Below are positions 39,301-52,000 of a stretch of DNA of 64,000 nt, in pieces. Source of the DNA: Balanoglossus misakiensis. Lineage: Eukaryota; Animalia; Hemichordata. The position numbers and the translations under genes are program-made. The stretch spans positions 11,732,909 through 11,796,908 of the forward strand of contig CM082580.2 of assembly GCA_040954595.2 (NCBI GenBank), given 5' to 3'. How positions within the stretch are numbered: the stretch's first letter is position 1; each line of letters starts with the position of its first letter. The notes under the pieces were generated by a model. That model was not told the DNA's origin and did no database searches. It saw only the letters and a list, made by a program, of their open reading frames with translations.

Positions 39301-40194
39301 GGCCTCGTATTGGTGTGTTCTAGAATTATATGACAACCAGAAGGCATTGGTCGCGGGTATATCGCCGAGGATGATCATAAAGATTCGGAACTTTAGGGAG
39401 ATCACATTTTAAAATATTGGAAATGAAATAAAATGAATATACTCCTGACTGGTAGCACAGAATTTAAATGTTTGTGACGTAATTAGCTCCATATTGTTTT
39501 CTAGGTACAATATGACAGCTGCACTGAAAAATAATCAAATAGTGTCTTTTGGATATTTTGTGCACTAGACTCTCTAGGCCTTATATCAACATTTTCCGAC
39601 CAATATGATCACCATGCAATCCTCGGTAATTCTAGTCATAAAGTAAGTCTGAGAGAGTTTGCCATCGCTGCAGTCTTACTCAACTTTAATTTTGCCATAT
39701 TTAAACATCTCCGTTAGTCTTGAAAGCAGGAGACCTCTTTACTTATTCCGAAGCGAGTGGAGCTGGTACAGTTTGGCAGTTTTAGTCTTGCTAGTGGCGC
39801 CACCAACGGAGGGGGACGAACTCGGGTCTTTTTAACTTAATTGTTATGATAACGTTTTCAAGGCAAACCAACTATAGAGGGACATCTTTAATGAGAATAG
39901 AAACGAAAATGAGACTTTAAAATAGCAAAAATGGTATCCAATTTACAGTTTCAAATAAATCGTCGACACCAAAGTAAAGTTAAGATTCTCCGCCGCGACA
40001 TTTGAGCCATCTAATACATCAGAAATCGGAACTATATCTTGGAACTTGAAAGTTGAATATATGTACAAAATGGGCATACTCTGGTCTTTGAAGTAGTACT
40101 GTTTAGTTTAGCATCCATTCATCCACCCACCCACTCACCCACCCAAACACAAGCCCCCCCCCCCACACACATATACATACAAATGAAATGTAAA

Positions 40195-42148
40195 TTAATT
40201 CAATAATTTTGTCTTTTCAGTGATGTCTGTTTCTTCTAGAGACCCGTAATCCGAACTCATACAGCCATATGCATCTTTTGTTTGTAGAGACCCAGAATTT
40301 CCTCCTCTGTTTTGGTTTGATCCTATGGAAAGTAAACAATTAGGAATAGTTATGATATTTGAAAAAAAATGCCGATATTCTATGTAACATGATATTCTAT
40401 GTTTTGATCAGACTAAGCAATTGAAGTCCACAGATTTATGAAGCATACATGCAGCTACGTCGAGAACAACAGCGCAAAGTGATAAAGGGTAGGTGCTTAC
40501 TGAATTGATGGTCGTGTTCACTTTCCATTTCCATCTGTAATTCTTCTGGACTACCTTCCATGACTATTTGAGTATCGAGACGATGACACAGACGAACCTA
40601 CAAAGTAAAGAACACATCACCTAGTTAATTGATTGATTGACATTTTGGTCGATTGATTGAGAGATAGGTCGCTCGACGGATGAACATATAAGGTTACTAG
40701 GCAATTGGATTCCTTACCGAGTTCACACAGACACCACACATGATGCAGGGCCAACAGAGCACGCTAAGAATGACCCCTTTACATTTATCGTAGCCACAAA
40801 GTGTTTGCTTCAGGTCTTCAAAGAAGGTGTGATTCGTGATTTGGAGTGTTGCAAACTCGCACTTGAACTCTTCAAGCCCTCTGTCTTTGAACCACGTGGT
40901 TATCATTTCGCAAAAGCTGAACTGTGAAACAACAAGTCAACGTCAATGTGAATATCGCGTAATGATTGCAGTTGGTAGCACACTCTCAACAACTTCCATC
41001 GACACTGGTCCCTGTAGCTGTGAACCCATATATACACAAAGTAATCACCATACCTGTAACATGTAACGCTTGCCTTCCTGGATTGCACATTTGGCCTGCT
41101 CAAAACCGCTTTCCATTTGCCACCTTATGTTTGGATGTCTGGTGTTGCAAACGACTGCCCAGTAACCTGCAATGTTGCAGTGGAAGATGTTAGTTAACAC
41201 TTTTTTGTGAAATATGGTGAAGTTCAAAGTATGGCTACATACTCTAAACTCCCCCTTTTAAATGTATTGAACTTACCCTCGTCTCCCGATTTCTCTTTTG
41301 TTGACGTGAGTTTGCATCTTGCGTCCAATAAAATAGGAGACGACAAAAGTCGGTTTTCCCAGCTTCGAAGATCGTCCAATGTTTCGACAAGTACAGTGCT
41401 GCAAAAGACACAGGAAGTTTAGTAGACGCGATGATATTACATTATGGATCCGAACTCTTCTCCACAGATTCGTCGACAAGTCTACAACGACCTAACTGAT
41501 CTCTTAGATCGGACGATATGGTTGTACTGGTATGTTTTACACTGTCTTATAGATTCGTTAAAGTGAACCGACAAACCCACTGCATTTTCTCCAGTACATC
41601 GACCACCTTTCACTTTTGAACTGGCAGAACGCCAATATGAATTTACGAGCAAGCAGACTTTGAATATAAACTAAAAGTTGTGTGGATTGAACTTTTTCAT
41701 CATGCAAATTAAAGCAAGTACATGTAAACTGGCCAAGATATGCACTTTGTTACAGTGCGACCTGGCTCAATATTATTGCTATGGCAACCTGTCTGCCCAC
41801 TGGTCTTAATTGGTACTTGGCACCAATACGCCCCTTCTGTATTTCCGTATTGACCTAATACTTTTCGTGTTGTATTTGAATTGCCTACGAGTCACTGATT
41901 GTTCAGACCCCCAACATCATCACGACATTCTATTTCAGAAATTCTTACCTGCCGTAATTGTGGGGGAAATGGTCGTAATATTCAGGCGATCCTATGAAAA
42001 TGTTGATATTGGTTTCGTTTCCAAACGACGTGTCTTTTCCTTTCTCTACTAGAATATCGCTGATTGGATCGTCCAGGAATTGCTTCATCGGTGCGAGCCC
42101 CACGATCAATTGAGGGTCTGCGAGCGAAGATGAAGTAGCATTTAACAT
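40195..42148 (-). CDS. Uncharacterised protein, paralog A (287 aa, 6 exons)
   Basis: Exons 41949-42148, 41277-41398, 41054-41166, 40718-40921, 40501-40597 and 40195-40322; all GT-AG, phases 2,1,0,0,1; 864 nt in frame. Exon-by-exon similarity to the gene at 57682-60764. Confidence 0.82.
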
Positions 42149-42838
42149 GTCGGGTTTTTCGTCCGTCGTCGGCCTATTTACTTCTCAACGACGTTGTGTT
42201 CTGGCGGACGGACCACTCGCAAACCGTGGTGACCTCAATATACTATCCAAAGCCGTTCATAGGTCGAGTGGTGTGAAGTGCGGACGTGCAATTGGCACAC
42301 CCCGGCCCCAAAAGACCTCCAGTCTCGTCAGAATCCCGTGAAGCGCAAAACACCTCTTAAAAATTCTGCGCGCTCGATCTGGTATAGGTGATCACCACGA
42401 TGGTCCGCTAGACTTTCAGACGGTCCGAGAATGCTCCCTAGTGTGCGCATAGGCATTTGAATTTCTTTTTGAAGCGGTTCAACAGTTCAAATCGTGACAC
42501 AGACAGATGTAGTCACAATATGCGCTGGTCGGTCACTGAGTTCACGACTTCATTGTATCTGCAGATAACATTAAAATGGTGCGCCCTCTGTACAATTGAA
42601 CTGACACGGGGTCGTGTAGGGTGAACAATCAAACCACAGTCCCTATTGGCCTTGAGGGACTGCAGACTGTGACCATGCGCCATGAACATACATAACTTGA
42701 AAATGAAGACAAAAACCAAAACTTACATTGTATGTATCAATGATATTTATTGGTTTAATTTAGGGCTGGTGGCTTAACTACAAATAGAATCTATAACGGA
42801 TCTCTGACTTGATCACTGTCACAACTCAACTTCATTTT

Positions 42839-43022
42839 TCATAATGGAAAGTAATGATTGTCTGCCATGTATTTTTTATCATCTTCGCCATTTTCACTGA
42901 CGTTTGTAGCACTGACATTACAGCCATTTTCTCCATCATCATCGTCGCCATCATTGTCATCCTGATCCTCATCCCCATCCTGCCCCTCCTGATCATCATC
43001 ATCATCATCATCGTCGTCGTCG

Positions 43023-43055
<33 letters not shown>

Positions 43056-44560
43056 CCAACAACACCACCACCACCATGCACGTCTTGAACATCACCTTCG
43101 CTACTTTCAATGTCCTCGACAGCAGGCTCCTTCAGATTACCAACGCTAGCAACTGCATCAGCGACATTATCGTGTATATTGAGCTCCTCTTTATCACGGT
43201 CTAGGTTGGGATGCGTTTCTGTCAAGGAACCACTACATTCCGAATCATTTTCTGAGATGGGATTTTCCGTGGCAACGGTGTCATTTAGCTGGTGATCGTT
43301 TGGCCCACATTCACGACTGTCAGCGTCGATGTCGACCCAAGCAGGGGACAATGGCTGAGCATCAGTGTTAACGGCTTTATCAACGGAATGAGTAAAGATG
43401 TCCGTGTTAGTGGACTTGTCAACTGAACGAGAGAACATTTTCCGAAAGTTGAAATCATTGAATGCTGCCTCTGGAACATCACTCTCGGATTCTTTGACTT
43501 GAGGCAAACCAAGCTTCTGGGCATGGATTTCCACTTTCGCTTCTAACACCTCTCTCGCCCGAGCAGTCACGTGTTCTTGATTCGCAAGTAGCGTCGTTGG
43601 TGGTTGTAGGATAGCTTGCTCTATTGACGAATGTGCCTTGAAGAGCTTGCTTATCAGAGCTTCAGTACTTGTCCGTTTAGCAGCAAGGCTCTGGTGTTTA
43701 GCCGCATACTCAGAATTTAACGGTTTCATGGCTTTCGCTTTGTTTGAAAGGATCTCCTGTTTGATCTCCTCATACTTCTCAGTAGCCTTGTCAAGCATAC
43801 ACTTGTAATATTTTTCGACTTTGTTCTTTTCTCTGGTGTAAAGTCCTTCCATGGAAACCAAGTCTTGCCTCAATCTGCTTGCGACAGTCTTGACTTGCGC
43901 TTGCTTGCTCAGTAGTTGCGTTTTGTAATTTTGCAATTCTACTCCGAGTCCCTCGACTGCGTCTTGTGTAAGGATGTGTTCGTGCGTTTTGTGGTCGAAG
44001 AGAGCGCACTCTAAGCAGATGCAGACTTTACAAGTCAAGCAGTAGATTTTGAGCTGGTTTTCCTCGTGCTTGTCACAAAACGCGAGATTCTGCTGACTGA
44101 GGTCTCTGTTGTCTTCTTTGCGGTCCGACAGCGGTACCAGAATATGCCCCTTTGTAAGCCGTATTTTCCTGTGCGCTTTGCCGCAGTTCTCACACAGGTT
44201 TATGGCACAGCCGGTACACCATACAACTGCCGTGTAATCCTCGCAACCATCACAGACCGTACCGCCACCTTTCAATTTTCCAGCTGCCTTGCGACAATCG
44301 ACTAAACCAGCCAGCGAGTTGACAGACAGACTGGTCGGTAAACTGGCCACGTCCCAGGAAGTCACTTGGCAAGGCGAGCGACACTGCGGGCAATTTATCA
44401 GCCGCTTACCTCGGCTCAGCTGAACCAAGCACTTCTTGCAGAAGGAATGCTGGCACTGCAACATCCGAGCATCTTGGTATCGCTCAAGACAAATCTGACA
44501 AGTCAGGTGGTCTTCTTCAATTTCTTTAAGAAGATTGGAGCTCCTGTTTGACGCAGCCAT
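42839..44560 (-). CDS. Intronless TRIM/RBCC E3 ligase (TRIM56-like N-terminus) with an acidic disordered C-terminus, 573 aa
   Basis: RING CQICLERYQDARMLQCQHSFCKKC...CPQCR; B-box1 CDGC...CTGC...CENCGKAHRK...H; B-box2 CDKH...CLTC...CLECALFDHKTH; coiled coil; poly-Asp tail. AATAAA (minus) at 42746-42751. Confidence 0.93.
42992..43054. repeat. (GAT/GAC)n coding trinucleotide repeat encoding poly-Asp in the TRIM
   Basis: atc/gtc triplet run on the plus strand. Confidence 0.9.
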
Positions 44561-44599
44561 GTTTGCGGGTGTTGCTACGATTGCGAAATGTACATTCGC

Positions 44600-44710
44600 G
44601 GGAAACTCCCATGCCTTGGTTTTTATATGAAACCGAGGCTTTAACCCTCGACCCCTCTGAACCGACTGACGTGACCATGGTGACGTACCCAGGCCCCTAG
44701 TGACGTACCT
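44600..44710 (-). promoter_or_regulatory. TRIM promoter: NF-kB site, TATA box, CRE/ATF half-sites
   Basis: GGGAAACTCCC 44600-44610; minus-strand TATAAAAA at ~44620-44627; TGACGT at 44667, 44682 and 44701 (GTGACGTACC occurs twice). Confidence 0.55.
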
Positions 44711-45945
44711 GAGCTGCGGTTACATGTTTAATACAGGCTGTCAATATTGCTTTAAATCCGTATTTTAGCCATAAAAATGCACTGAACCACGACCATCGTG
44801 TCGATTATCAGAATTTTTGACTATCAACATGATGATCAAACTTTCTCTAGAGTATACATTGTAAACACTTAAAAAGACAGGGGTGGGGGATGCTTTCATG
44901 AATCTTTGAGTTACAGAAGATAGACATGATGATAATAGAATAATTTTGCGTTACATAAAGAAGAAAATTACCCTAACCCCGAGTTCTTATGTAGGCCTAG
45001 TTACAGGCTACATCATGTTCACATTGCTTCTGGACAAAATCAGCCTTCATATTATCACACTTTTACTTAGCTTCAATCAAAGTATACGATATGTTTCGTT
45101 CTTATGCGCCAGCTAGAAAAACGCTAATAAGACTAACGATTTTTTCACTTGCTCGTGTACACAGAATTCCATTATAATTGATAGAAATGTCTGTTTTTCC
45201 TGTACTTCCTGATCAATTTCTTTGACCTTTGAACCAAAGAACAAAGTCACGTGATAGCTGAAAGGTCATTTAAGTTTACGTTGCGTTTATGGACTAGTAC
45301 TTCACACTTTTGCTTTTGCCGCACCATCTCACCGATCGCCTGTGCAGGACATCAGCTTGTCAATCAAGCCTGAATCAGGTCAGATCTTTTTTTCTCATTG
45401 GCAGTTTCGTTTTTCGCTCTTGATCGGCATTTCGAGCGATGACGGATCGAGAAATGCACGAGAAAGTGACATCTTGCTGGCCCAGCGATCGAGGGCGCGC
45501 GTACCGTAGCTGGGGCACAAAGTCGAACGGTAGATATATGAACAAACTCGACACGTGTCAGAAACAAATATGCCACGAACAACTCAGTTTAGCCACAGTG
45601 GCGAAAGTAGCTATATGAATATAAATTTCACTGTGCCATATCAAATACTCGATCAAAGTGCGTTTTTCGGCATTTTAGTTCAACTTTTGTTGCGTATGAC
45701 CTTGTCCTGAAATCTGGGTTAATGCTTCAGTCATGATGATGGGGCATGCAACGTGACCTTGACCCGAACTCACCGAAGCTACGTGTCATGGTCATAATTT
45801 TCAGCGCAAACTATTAAGTTGTCAGATTACCAACAAGTAAGAATAATCAATTTTAATTTTTGTGCTTTTCCCTGCAGATGGAAAGGAAACCACGACAACA
45901 CACTACATGTAGCCTCTCTGTGACATACGGCCAATCCGCTTCAAA

Positions 45946-46635
45946 ATGGATTTGTCTTTCTCAGAACACCAAATCAAGGTCTCACTGGTTTGTTGGCTTT
46001 CACTTATCAAAGGTGAGTGATATAAGGATCACTGGTAAACTTGGTAAGTTTGCAGTGATGATGTAGTCACTGGTAAGTTTGTAAAAGTCATTGAATTTCT
46101 GACATGCACTAATGGCCGGTGACATTTCTTTTTTTCTTGGCAGATGTGATGAGTGACACTTGCCCCAGGGATTATCCATTCCTGTTCTGTCCCAGACCAG
46201 GCATTGATGATGTCCGAGCCACAGACTGCTGCCATCACCCAAATGAAGGCTATTCTTGCTGTATACCACCACATGTTAATGGGTAGGTGTTCAGCATCAC
46301 CTCAGCGTGGGATGCAGACAACAAAAGCAAATATTTGTAGTTGTGTTTTCCTATGATAAGCAGCTATTACATGCATGGCGTTTCTTTATGGAAGAAACTG
46401 CAAAATTGAAATTTGCACAGAAAGTGTTAATCGACCACATTGTATTTTCCTTTTTCATTCTAGGCCTGGTACAATTATGTTGTACATATGGCTGTCCATC
46501 ATGGTGATGGCACTGATGTCCATGGCCCTGTACTGCATCTGCTACTGTTGTCACAGACTGTACGATTACTGGTCCGACCATCAAATCGATCTAGGCGAAA
46601 GAACACCTTTGGTCGACTCAGGCGTCTTTGTGTAG
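45946..46635 (+). CDS. Small Shisa-like single-pass membrane protein (125 aa)
   Basis: Exons 45946-46012, 46144-46282 and 46464-46635 in frame. Signal-peptide-like N-terminus; Cys module CPRDYPFLFCPRPGIDDVRATDCCHHPNEGYSCC; TM IMLYIWLSIMVMALMSMALY; juxtamembrane CICYCC; tail ERTPLV. Confidence 0.78.
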
Positions 46636-46937
46636 GACCACAACAAGATCAGAGTGGTGTGTCCCCCATGGTGCAATGCAACATCCTGTTGAAAAGCAAG
46701 ACTCTTTGAATTATGGGATAGATGGCATCAGTGGGTAGTTGTCATGGAAGCCAGGGTGTTGTCACGGAAACCATGAATGGGATGGCCCTTTGGTCAGTGG
46801 CAGGGATGTTTGCACAGATTTTTGGGGGCGGATTTGCAGGTGATGGTAGGAGCCATTGCAACCAGGAAATTCTATTGTAATGAAGCTTATAGCAGCATTT
46901 GCTTAACTTAGCAGACTTTCACGCACAAACCTGTTAA

Positions 46938-47097
46938 AGGCCAACGATCATCTTATGTGCATGTGCATAATTTTGTCGTTTCCCAATCTCTGACACAGAC
47001 TATGGTCACCGCCATCTTGCCTCATGGCATTGACTGTATACAATTTTGTAACCAGAGTCTCTGGATTGGCATATGCACATAAGATGATGGTCGCCCT
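46938..47097. mobile_element. Kolobok-type MITE (~160 bp) with TTAA target duplication
   Basis: TTAA|aggccaacgatcatcttatgtgcatgtgc...gcatatgcacataagatgatggtcgccct|TTAA: ~29-bp imperfect TIRs with AG/CT termini. Confidence 0.72.
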
Positions 47098-49056
47098 TTA
47101 ATACATAGTTGTAAATATTTTTTCTACCCAATTTACCATTGCCATAATCAATCTGGCAATTTTTGATTTTTTTTCAAAAATCATCGAGTATTTCCATTGT
47201 CTTCCTACATATAATTGCAGCTGGTTGCTCTTACAATACTCTGTGAAGTGATCAATTTCATCAAGATAAACCTGAATATTTGTTGTGGCAAATATAACAA
47301 CCATCAATCTGACATTGCTGACAGTGGTCACACAGTTTTATTTGTTGGAATTTTTATTTGATTGTTTCAAACTGCCATGCATTTTTTACATGTTTTTCTT
47401 AGGTTTTTGCTAACTTTTAAAACAAAGGTGTTCACAATGTTAAATGAACTGGTCTTGGCAAAATGGCCATATCTGATTGTTTTCTCATGGAATCACTGTC
47501 TGAATGTCATTCTGTCTCTGAAAAAAAGCTATTTTTATACTTTGTTTAAAAAGGAATAGTGCTCATAATATTGTTTTGACAATTTTTATGTGTACATATA
47601 GCATATCAGTTATTTATACTTCTTATTCAGTAAAATATTTTTATTCAATATGCTGCATGGATTATCAGACTATTTAAGTATGGTATTAAAAATATAGGGA
47701 ATGTTTATTATTTCCCAACATTATTGTATTCTTCCAATTCTCATTATCTGCTCAACCTTCCCTCAAAGAAAATAGATTTTACTGGTCAGACTGAAATCTC
47801 AAAGTGAAACGATTACACGTTTGACAATAATACGGATTCTTGCACCAAGATCTGAATTTTATTCATGTAGAAATGCTCAAATAATGGACTTTACAGACCA
47901 CCGTGTGATCAGGGTAATCTCAAAAACAGATTTGCTATATGAATTGTATGATACGTGCCATATTTTCCTCTTGGAATCAATTGAATGATTTGAACATCTT
48001 TTTGTCCCAAATCAACACACTATAAGATTCAATGGATAGGAATTCCACAACACAAAGTGTCCATGGAAAGAGTATCATTATTGACAGAAACTGAAATAAA
48101 TTGTTTTCACATCATTACCAACAGGTTGTGCGTTTGTATTGTGTTAACGTTTACTGACCTCTGACCCCCCATCAAATGACCTGAAAGGTCAATGATAGGA
48201 AAGCTTCCATCTTGAAATAAATGTACAGGATTAAATGAGTTGCATGTTACTAACAAATGAGAAAGTGTCCATTAAATAGTAATTAGCCCCCAAACCTTAT
48301 GCAATGCACTGTCAATTTTGAGAAATAATTCTATGGAAGACATGATATACCGGTAACCCATACCCATGACCCATCCATGTCCTTCCTAGTTCACACAAAC
48401 AAATTATCTGAAACATGCAGGCTGATACTGAAACCTATCACCCGATTATTTTTTTTATTTCGGATCACATAACTGACCTAACTTTTATGCATAATCTACC
48501 ATGACCATATTTTGGTCCAAATTGAAGAAAATGGGGTTGAAAATGTTAAAGCTATATTGTTGAGCATTGTTTTTTTTCAACAAAATACTCAATTTTCACA
48601 TATACCAGTTATTATATTTCTTGGCTATCAATAAACACCGTGATATACCATTAATGAAACAAAATTTCTTTGCATATTCAAACAAAATCTCAAGCCGGGA
48701 GAATAAATCCAAAAGGCCCTTATTCCAAGACAGCCTTTACTACCTCAAAATTCCTTACTGTTTTCACTAAAACTTATTCAGTTTTTTATCTCCCAATTAA
48801 CTATTAAAGGATTCACAGATCAACTTCTGTCATCTTCAAAGCTCATCTGATCATGTTTTCTAGCCTATGTAGTGAAATAGTATTTCAGATATAATGGCAG
48901 ATGAATGCAAAATTCTTACATCTGACTTACTCCGTTCTAGCTGTTCTCAAATCAAGGTAGTTCTGAGTTGGCACACATGTATTCACAAACATACAAGACA
49001 GTGGGCTGCAGTGACTGCTAGAATGCCACTGTCTTGGAAAAAAAAGAGTTGTGAAT

Positions 49057-52000
49057 TTATTGCACCATATCGAAGTAATCGATTGTGGTTTCCGTTTTAG
49101 AACCCAGAAGATCTGTACTTTGCTTGGCAGCTTGCACGGTGGATCTGAAAGAAAAAATAAAATATTTGGTCTTAATCCACAGAGTTCCACGATTGGACGT
49201 CAGCAAGTGACAAAAGTCACAGCAATCACAGCAACAAGCAATGTCATGGAAGTGTATGGGGGAGGTGAAACACTCAACCAAAACAACACAAGGGCTTATA
49301 GATAATTTTGTCATACCTAACAGCATCTGCTTTGGCCACATGAGGAATGGGTGGTGGTGCTTTGGGATGCAACTGTTGCTGGACGTAGCTGGTCAGTGTC
49401 ACGGTTGGAATCTGAGATTTGTTCCTGGCAGAAAACAGCAATACATGCCATTAGTATCATAGCTGAACCAATATGTTTATGGAAATGGCATGAAACTGCT
49501 AGTTTAGATTGACAGACTGGAAAGAAAATGAAGAGGATAACATTTAATCTTACTTGACAGCTGTAGCTACAGTGTTTCTCTTCGGTTCTTGATCATAACT
49601 TTGTGTTTCACAACCATAGAGCTCTGCCAATTCATGGACCACCCGGCGATTGTCTCTGTTCATCGGCGAAAATGAATGACTTTTCTTTGTCAGCTTGGAC
49701 TGCAAGAAAAACAGATTACAGTACATACGATTCAAACCTTCAATCTTATTCATCACATTGCAAAACAAAAGCTGGGATGGAATGTTAGAAGCACTCAGAG
49801 ACAGAAAAGGGAGAAATTTTGATGTTGTGGACAATATGACACCAACCTGTTGCAGAGACTTGATCAAGTTTGACAGGTCCTTCTCAACAGAGGCCACAAA
49901 TGCAGAATTTTGTCTGCAAAATGAGTGAATGAGACACTGTTAGATTAGTTGATGTATAAAGATGAATGTGATGAACTCATTCAAGTCAATCTGTCTAGAT
50001 AATGACAGCTGGATAAAACTACACAAACACAATGAAAATTCTAAATCCGAGTTCTCCTCACCTGGCTTGATCTTTCAGGAACTGACAGTATGTCGTCTGA
50101 TTTATTTTCGATGACAAGTCAGGACTTTCAATATGGAGTGCATCGGCAAACCGCCTGCAAGGTTAATAAACACACAAAGCAGAATTGTTAAAATCAGACG
50201 TGTAATTAAAACTTCTAAAGCATATCCTGGCAAATATACTCAGAGTACACATCAGATGTCAATAAAGTCCATACCATTGATAATTTCTAGTCATCTTACC
50301 TGTTTCTCTCAATGACAGCACACTCTTCAGTGCATTCCAACCTGTCAAAGTCAAGATACACAAGGTCTTACAAAAGGTCACTGCTTTTCTACACATACAA
50401 CAAACTTCACTCTCTGAGTGTCTCCATCATTAACAAATACCCTTCAACGTGCTTATAAAAAAAAAACAGTTAATATTTTGCTTACTGTCTCTGCTTGTGG
50501 CCCTCATTAAACTCCATCAAGCCACTGATGTCCACACTCTGACCAGACTGGATATCTCGCATTCGACTGGCCAGCTGAGATGTTGCCATTCTGAAATGAA
50601 AACACACCACAGTATAATTGACCAGGTTTTAGAACAGACTCTTCACAGAGTGCATTTATCTTAATTGGCAAGAATTAACCCCTTCACATCCCCCCTGCCT
50701 TGTATATGGAATCAACCACATCATTGAAAACAATGAGAATGTCCCAAGGTTGGCTGAAAAATGGGTTGTTGGGTGTGTAAATCTTACCTTTGGAATGAAT
50801 GCACCATCTGCAGTTCATCACCACCTTGCAGACAAGGTACTTGCTCTTTTCGATTTCCACATTTGCAGGTAATGTTGATCTGCAGGTATAAACCAGAGTG
50901 TAAATTATCTGTCTCGCCAAAACTTTGTAAAATGTCAAAACACAACAACGGCGTCGATGAACAAACAAATAGCATTTCAACTGTCTTACAATTCACAGTG
51001 GGAAAAGTGAGAATGTAGACAGTGTCATGTCGGATATACACATGTCATGAACCTACCAGACTTTTGCAAGCTATCTTAGGGCATGGTTTTCCGGGATGAC
51101 ACGGAGCGGCACACGAATGACCACACTCGGATCTGATCTCAGTACAGGGCTGACTACACTCTTCATCACAGTCATTCTGGAAAGGTAACAAACGTGTGGA
51201 GTGATGTACAAAACCTGTTACAACAGTGGCCATGCTAGTGTTGCTTTTCCGCTCATTTGATGCAAACACTGTTCATGTATGACAACAATACTTCCTGTTG
51301 AGTAATGACTATACATACTCTAGAAAACAGTGTAAAGTATTGCAAGGAAATGACAGAACCTAACATACACTCCAGCACTCTGCTTGCAACTTTTCCATAC
51401 ATTGCGAATTTTTGATGACACTACACTTTACCTTATGACAAATCTTAAGACACTTATGCTGCTTGCAAAACAGTTCTTTCCCACAGGCCCTTCCGCAAGA
51501 AATGTCTTTGATATGGCAGGGAATACTGTTCCTTGTCTGTGAACAAATAAAAGAAAACATCATCTAAATTTCAAAAATAAGTGCAGATATTGTAGTAAAG
51601 AGAAGTATCTAAATACCCCGGTACATCTGCACAGCCATGCAAATAATCCTGTCATCACTGGCAATATGATCTAATCCCATTGTTTTCTACAGAATGGTCG
51701 AATCCATACACAAGGAAACAGGGGTGACAGCATTAATACTTGTTGACTCTCACCTCATGATTACCCATACACTGTCTCTGCACAAGAAACGTACATGGTG
51801 GACACTTCTCCTCGCTGTGACAAACATGCTGCACTGGATGGTCACATTCATGTTGTCTGGTGCACAGGCGTCCACACTCTGGCGCCTGAGTGCCGCACTT
51901 TATTGGCGGAAATAAAACAGCAGCACCACAGTGGCAGGTGAGCTCATCAAAGCCTGCAAGGTAATGTATCCAACGGTCAACTATTATTATTGTAAATACC

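Noticed and set aside
42832-43204. Poly-Met and poly-Ile ORFs
   Set aside because: Other frames of the TRIM poly-Asp codon repeat.
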